Source: Tubiluchus corallicola (lineage: Eukaryota > Animalia > Priapulida). From it: 14,421 bases of DNA. The position numbers and the translations under genes are program-made. Positions 9,859-14,421 of the stretch are shown here, one piece after another. Below the pieces are notes generated by a model that was not told where the DNA came from, made no database searches, and saw only the letters and a program-made list of their open reading frames with translations. Location: the NCBI GenBank assembly GCA_030141605.1, contig JAQGDQ010000647.1, positions 1 through 14,421 on the forward strand. Reading direction: 5' to 3'. Positions within the stretch are counted from its first letter, which is position 1. Every line of letters starts with the position of its first letter.

Positions 9859-10396
9859 AGATTATAGATTATAGTCGTTATAGATTAAATAGATTATAGA
9901 TAATAGATTAATCGTTATAGATTAAATAGATTATAGATAATAGATTAATCGTTATAGATTAAATAGATTATAGATAATAGATTAATCGTTATAGATTAAA
10001 TAGATTATAGATAATAGATTAATCGTTATAGATTAAATAGATTATAGATAATAGATTAATCGTTATACATTAAATAGATTATAGATAATAGATTAATCGT
10101 TATAGATTAAATAGATTATAGTTAATAGATTAATCGTTATAGATTAAATAGATTATAGATAATAGATTAATCGTTATAGATTAAATAGATTATAGATAAT
10201 AGATTAATCGTTATAGATTAAATAGATTATAGTTAATAGATTAATCGTTATAGATTAAATAGATTATAGATAATAGATTAATCGTTATAGATTAAATAGA
10301 TTATAGTTAATAGATTAATCGTTATAGATTAAATAGATTATAGATAATAGATTAATCGTTATAGATTAAATAGATTAATCGTTATAGATTAAATAG
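9859..10396. repeat. 37-bp AT-rich minisatellite, ~14 copies
   Basis: Unit CGTTATAGATTAAATAGATTATAGATAATAGATTAAT. The CG recurs every 37 nt from 9876 to 10357, followed by truncated units. Confidence 0.97.
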
Positions 10397-10595
10397 TAAA
10401 TTAAAGATTTTGATGATGATAGTTATCTGCTGAAGCTTGAAAGTTTAAAACGGAAATTTCTTCAATTACATTAATTAGAAACGAATAAAACTTGTTTGCA
10501 GAAAATAAATAACAAATAACTCAGTAAATATCTGTACGAAAATCAAGAAGATTTTGCAATAGCTAAATTAATTTCTTCCATAAAACAATCCCTAC

Positions 10596-10790
10596 TGGTT
10601 TATATATCCACTTTTCTTCTGGATGATCACCATAATAGTGCAGAAATTCTGTCACGTGATCTGGCAGAAGAAAGCTCATTGGCGCAAAATCGAATTCTTT
10701 TGAGCCATGTTTCTTGCGCATGTGCAGTATACTCTTCCAGAAGGTGTCTTTGTGCGCATGTTCCGTGCCCGAACCCGGGAAATTGTTGTA
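10596..10790 (-). CDS. TTLL4-like: TTLL4/5-like ligase, internal coding exon B (195 nt, phase 0 to 0)
   Basis: Acceptor ttccatttcag|TAC, donor CCA|gtaggg. Reads YNNFPGSGTEHAHKDTFWKSILHMRKKHGSKEFDFAPMSFLLPDHVTEFLHYYGDHPEEKWIYKP, matching TTLL4-type 'NHFPGS...RKD.LW......FGK.EF.F.P.SF.LP...KWIVKP'. Confidence 0.95.
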
Positions 10791-10922
10791 CTGAAATGGA
10801 AAGTAAAGCAATGGATGTGTTGTGTTTATTTGTGTCTGTGTTGCAATGCAGCATGGAAGTATAAAGCAATGAGAGCAGTGTGTTTATGTGTATGAACTAA
10901 AATGAACAGTGCAGTCAGTTAA

Positions 10923-11586
10923 AGGATGATTTTTCATACAGTACCCCATTGTCAAGCCCGATAAAAAGTATACATTTTATACAACACAATTAATACTGCA
11001 AAAGCGTTTTTGATAATTAAAGAATAGGTGAAAGATGATTTAATTATTGACAGGCTAGCCAAGCATCACAAACTAACGAAATTTCCAATAGCAAAAATAT
11101 TCCACGAGCGTGTTTCACGTGTTTGCGAAAGCGAAAATTGAAGTACTGTGCTACTGTAAAATATTCAGTGTGTTGTAGTAAAACTAGGCAAGTTTTAAGA
11201 TAAAAATTCAAATTTCAAATTTACCACTGTCTTCTAGCATGGCTGTCAAACGTGTATAGTTCGTCACAAACGAACACATCTGAACTTTTGACATCTGACA
11301 TTTGAAATTTACCGCTGCGCTCATGCATGAGCTGTCAGACATGTGTCAACTGTGATTACCCCACCTGTTTTTGTTGTATTGCGTTTCCGAAATGCAGATG
11401 GCGGTGCCTGCCTAATTAGCGAATGCATGTAACAGAGAAGAATTAGTGGCGCGAACGTGAAATTGCGTTTCTGTGGTAATAATTCTTTCACGTAAGTCAT
11501 TTTTGAAAAAAATAGTATGTTTCCTTTGGATGTTTTAGAGAGTAGATTGTTTTGATCTGCAGTTTAAGAATGGATCCGATTTTGCC
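10923..11586 (+). mobile_element. Non-autonomous TTAA-flanked DNA transposon (Kolobok-like), copy 2
   Basis: TTAA on both sides (10919-10922 and 11587-11590), termini AGG... and ...GCC. Inverted homolog of 3762-4293, with extra sequence at ~10966-11080 and an internal ~45-nt duplication (~11212 and ~11301). Confidence 0.65.
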
Positions 11587-11754
11587 TTAACCTTACAGGA
11601 ACTGTAGCAAAACTAAAGAGTGTAATTCAGTTACGGCATTGTTGCGTGTAAATGCAGTGCACACTTTTAATAACTATCTATTGTTCTCGGCTAATTATTA
11701 ATTAATCAAATCTTGGGATAATGAAGACCCTATCAGCATCCTCATCTCTCTGTT

Positions 11755-11807
11755 TTCTTTCAATATTTTCCAAACTAGAGTAGATTGTTTTGACCTACAG
11801 TTTAAGA
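11755..11807 (+). repeat. Third partial fragment of the Kolobok-like element end
   Basis: TTTCTTTCAATATTTT...AGAGTAGATTGTTTTGACCTACAGTTTAAGA matches ~11520-11568 directly and ~3779-3828 in reverse complement. Confidence 0.7.
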
Positions 11808-12059
11808 TACCAGATGTGTTTACTGGTAGCTCTGCTTTAAATAAGAGTAAAGAGACGAAAGTATTGTACTTATTAGTGGCTGTACTAGTGTAAAGTAAAG
11901 TACATTCTTTCTACTACACTGCGATGTAAAACTTAGTAATGAAAGTAGGTCATTTGTTTATAGGTTGTACTACAATTTACTACAATAGAAAGTAAAGCAA
12001 TGAAAGCAAAGTGGTTATAACACAAATTACGTGACTGAACTGCAACGAAAAGTAAAGTA

Positions 12060-12392
12060 CAGTCGACCCTCGTTAAACCGGACCCCGTTAGCCCGGATAT
12101 CTGGTAAGACGCACGTCATCCGTGGTAAAGGAAACTGACCGATTTCCGTCCGAGCCCGAGTGCTAAACACAACACGGCCTACCAACTATACAATAATTTC
12201 TTTATCCTCACAGGTTAACTATTTTAAAGTAATATACAGTATAGTATATAGTGCAATGTAGATAGGCCTTATTAAGGTGATTATTCCTGTATAATATAGA
12301 CCATGTATCGCATATAGGCATATGGGATAAATCGGAAAATCGGCTAAACCGGACCCCCCCCCCAATTAGTCCGGTTTAACGAGGGTTGACTG
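12060..12392. mobile_element. pogo/Tigger-type (Tc1/mariner superfamily) MITE, 333 bp
   Basis: 24-bp TIRs CAGTCGACCCTCGTTAAACCGGAC / GTCCGGTTTAACGAGGGTTGACTG (23/24 match). TA duplication at 12058-12059 and 12393-12394. Internal subterminal copy TAAACCGGACCCC at ~12345. No coding capacity. Confidence 0.92.
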
Positions 12393-12502
12393 TACTGAAA
12401 TATTTTGCAATATCTGGTCATTTCGGGAGAAATACCATGCACCATATAAAATAAGATCTACTTCTTTGCTGGTTACGTGAACGTAAATGTTGCACAACTC
12501 AC

Positions 12503-12576
12503 TTTCTGATATTCTTTTAATTCGTTGTACTGTCCAATAGATAAGCTTTTGCACCAGCAAGCTGTCCACTGTTCAC
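12503..12576 (-). CDS. TTLL4-like: TTLL4/5-like ligase, internal coding exon A (74 nt, phase 1 to 0)
   Basis: Acceptor tttttgttcatctacag|GT, donor AAA|gtgagt. Reads EQWTACWCKSLSIGQYNELKEYQK and joins exon B to give 'W..CW...........QK.N.FPGS', as in TTLL4. Confidence 0.9.
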
Positions 12577-12719
12577 CTGTAGATGAACAAAAATGCAATT
12601 TGGTGATAAAATTATTGCTGAACTTGAATGAACATGTCTTTGTACTTGTTCATTGCTTTCCCACTTTCACGTATTAGATGACAATGAGCATGCGCAGACA
12701 TTTGAATGACCTGCCTGTC

Positions 12720-12920
12720 TCCCCGACTGACCACCCGCCCGCGTGTACGTTCGTCTGTCTGTCTGTTTCTGCCGACTTTTGACTCGTTAAAATGTAAGTC
12801 AAAAATTGTTGGACATATTTTTGTGAAATGATTTTCTATTAGGTCCCTAAAGATTTTCCAATGTGACCTTAGGCTGGTGTCCTATTAGGTTCTCCTTTGG
12901 ACTTTGACCTTTTGTATTTA
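12720..12920. repeat. Possible degenerate non-autonomous TE fragment with (GTCT)n tract and TGACCTT motifs (Helentron/HINE-like)
   Basis: CGTTCGTCTGTCTGTCTGT at ~12748-12766, followed by TGACCTT motifs at ~12864 and ~12905. This combination is common in invertebrate Helentron-associated elements. No termini identified. Confidence 0.3.
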
Positions 12921-13100
12921 AAGGTTTGGATACGTGAATGGCAGCTAAACTTTAAACGTTTTTCCTGATGCGTGGGTAAAAAACGGCATATCGAAAAAGC
13001 TGGTCAAATTGGACAAAGTGTCATCATGTTCATGGAGCTATGCGATAGATGGCGTGGTCTGTATGTTCATTAAAGTTTATGGTTGTAGGTTACGTGCCAG

Positions 13101-13183
<83 letters not shown>

Positions 13184-13495
13184 GACAACCAGTCAATCGA
13201 TGAATCTATCAGTAAGTCAGTTAGTCAATCAGTCAGTCAATAAATCAACCAACCACCAATCAATCAATCAATCAGACAACCAGTCAATAGATCAATCTAT
13301 CAGTCAGTCAGTTAGTCAATCAATCAAGCAATCAATCAACCAGTCAATCAATCAATCAATCCGTAAGTCAGTCAGTTAGTTAGTAAATAAGTCAGTGAAT
13401 CAATCAATCAATCAGTCAACCAACCACCAATCGATCAATCAATCAATCAATCAATCGATCAATCAATCAGACAACCAGTCAATATATCAGTCAAA
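13101..13495. repeat. (TCAA)n microsatellite: 20 pure copies, then a degenerate TCAA/TCAG/CCAA region
   Basis: Pure TCAA at 13101-13180, then a mixed tract with the block TCAGACAACCAGTCAAT recurring at ~13181, ~13272 and ~13467. Confidence 0.97.
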
Positions 13496-13706
13496 AAACA
13501 AACCAAACAAAACAATACATATTCAATACAAAAACCTTACATATTCAATAGGCAAATAATAATAATAATCAATCAATCCAGGTGACCATTGGGCAGTGGA
13601 CACCTTGTTGCAGTATATCATCGGATCGCAAGGTGGCGATGAAAATCTAACATTAATAATTATTGAAAAAATACAAATGTAATTTTCCGGCCATGAATAA
13701 AATCAG

Positions 13707-14129
13707 AAATGCTGTAGAAACAACTGAGCATGTAGTAAATGCTGTAGAAACAACTGAGCATGCAGTAAATGCTGTAGAAACAACTGAGCATGCAGTAAAT
13801 GCTGTAGAAACAACTGAGCATGCAGTAAATGCTGTAGAAACAACTGAGCATGCAGTAAATGCTGTAGAAACAACTGAGCATGCAGTAAATGCTGTAGAAA
13901 CAACTGAGCATGCAGTAAATGCTGTAGAAACAACTGAGCATGCAGTAAATGCTGTAGAAACAACTGAGCATGCAGTAAATGCTGTAGAAACAACTGAGCA
14001 TGCAGTAAATGCTGTAGAAACAACTGAGCATGCAGTAAATGCTGTAGAAACAACTGAGCATGCAGTAAATGCTGTAGAAACAACTGAGCATGCAGTAAAT
14101 GCTGTAGAAACAACTGAGCATGCAGTAAA
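13707..14129. repeat. 30-bp minisatellite, 14 copies
   Basis: AAATGCTGTAGAAACAACTGAGCATGCAGT x14, with only one variant (C>T in the first unit). Confidence 0.98.
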
Positions 14130-14421
14130 GGTAAATGGCGTGTCTGAATGTATAAACTCTGTTTACTCGGTGAAGTAAGTTATATTTCATGAGCAAAACG
14201 GTGGTTCTTGCTTAGATTGCGCACTTTGCACTCCTGGGATATCTAAAAGTGGTGGGCGTTCACGAGCTAATGCGTGTAATTGATTTTTCATCGAACAGAA
14301 GTTTCCCAATCACTGGCAGTTCGTGTAGGTACTGTGGAACTGCAGCAACCCCCTATTTTCACTCGATGTTATTGGTAATATTCAATATAATAAGTCGTTT
14401 TTCTTTAGTTCTTTCTTAGAA

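Noticed and set aside
10945-10975. CAAGCCCGATAAAAAG resembling part of a twister ribozyme
   Set aside because: The upstream cleavage-site and pairing elements are absent. It is the subterminal part of the Kolobok-like element and is not conserved in the other copy.
13009-13243. (QSIN)n ORFs
   Set aside because: Translation of the (TCAA)n microsatellite.
13604-13646. Possible further upstream TTLL exon (IFIATLRSDDILQQ-G, phase-1 end)
   Set aside because: The phase would fit, but the donor (gtgtcc) and acceptor tract are weak and the peptide has no recognisable TTLL similarity. Needs RNA-seq.
13660-14196. 171-178 aa repeat ORFs as proteins
   Set aside because: By-product of the 30-bp minisatellite, open in three frames on both strands.

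Overview
Eukaryotic (metazoan, probably marine invertebrate) genomic DNA, not prokaryotic. The window lies inside one minus-strand, intron-rich gene. Six GT-AG exons (12576-12503, 10790-10596, 9210-9131, 7159-7031, 4500-4375, 3640-3539; 706 nt) splice in consistent phase into ~235 aa of a tubulin-tyrosine-ligase-like (TTLL4/5-type) ATP-grasp domain. Its ATP-binding motifs are kept, but the glutamate-recognition and initiase/elongase signature residues are all replaced. No start, stop or C-terminal catalytic exon was found in the window. The long ORFs in the track are artefacts of 42-bp and 30-bp minisatellites. The introns contain a foldback inversion (1-715), four minisatellites (42, 176, 37 and 30 bp), a (TCAA)n tract, a 5S rRNA-headed SINE-like insertion with an 11-bp TSD, a pogo/Tigger-type MITE, a possible solo LTR, a dispersed direct repeat, and two inverted TTAA-flanked (Kolobok-like) elements that closely bracket four exons in circRNA-promoting geometry.
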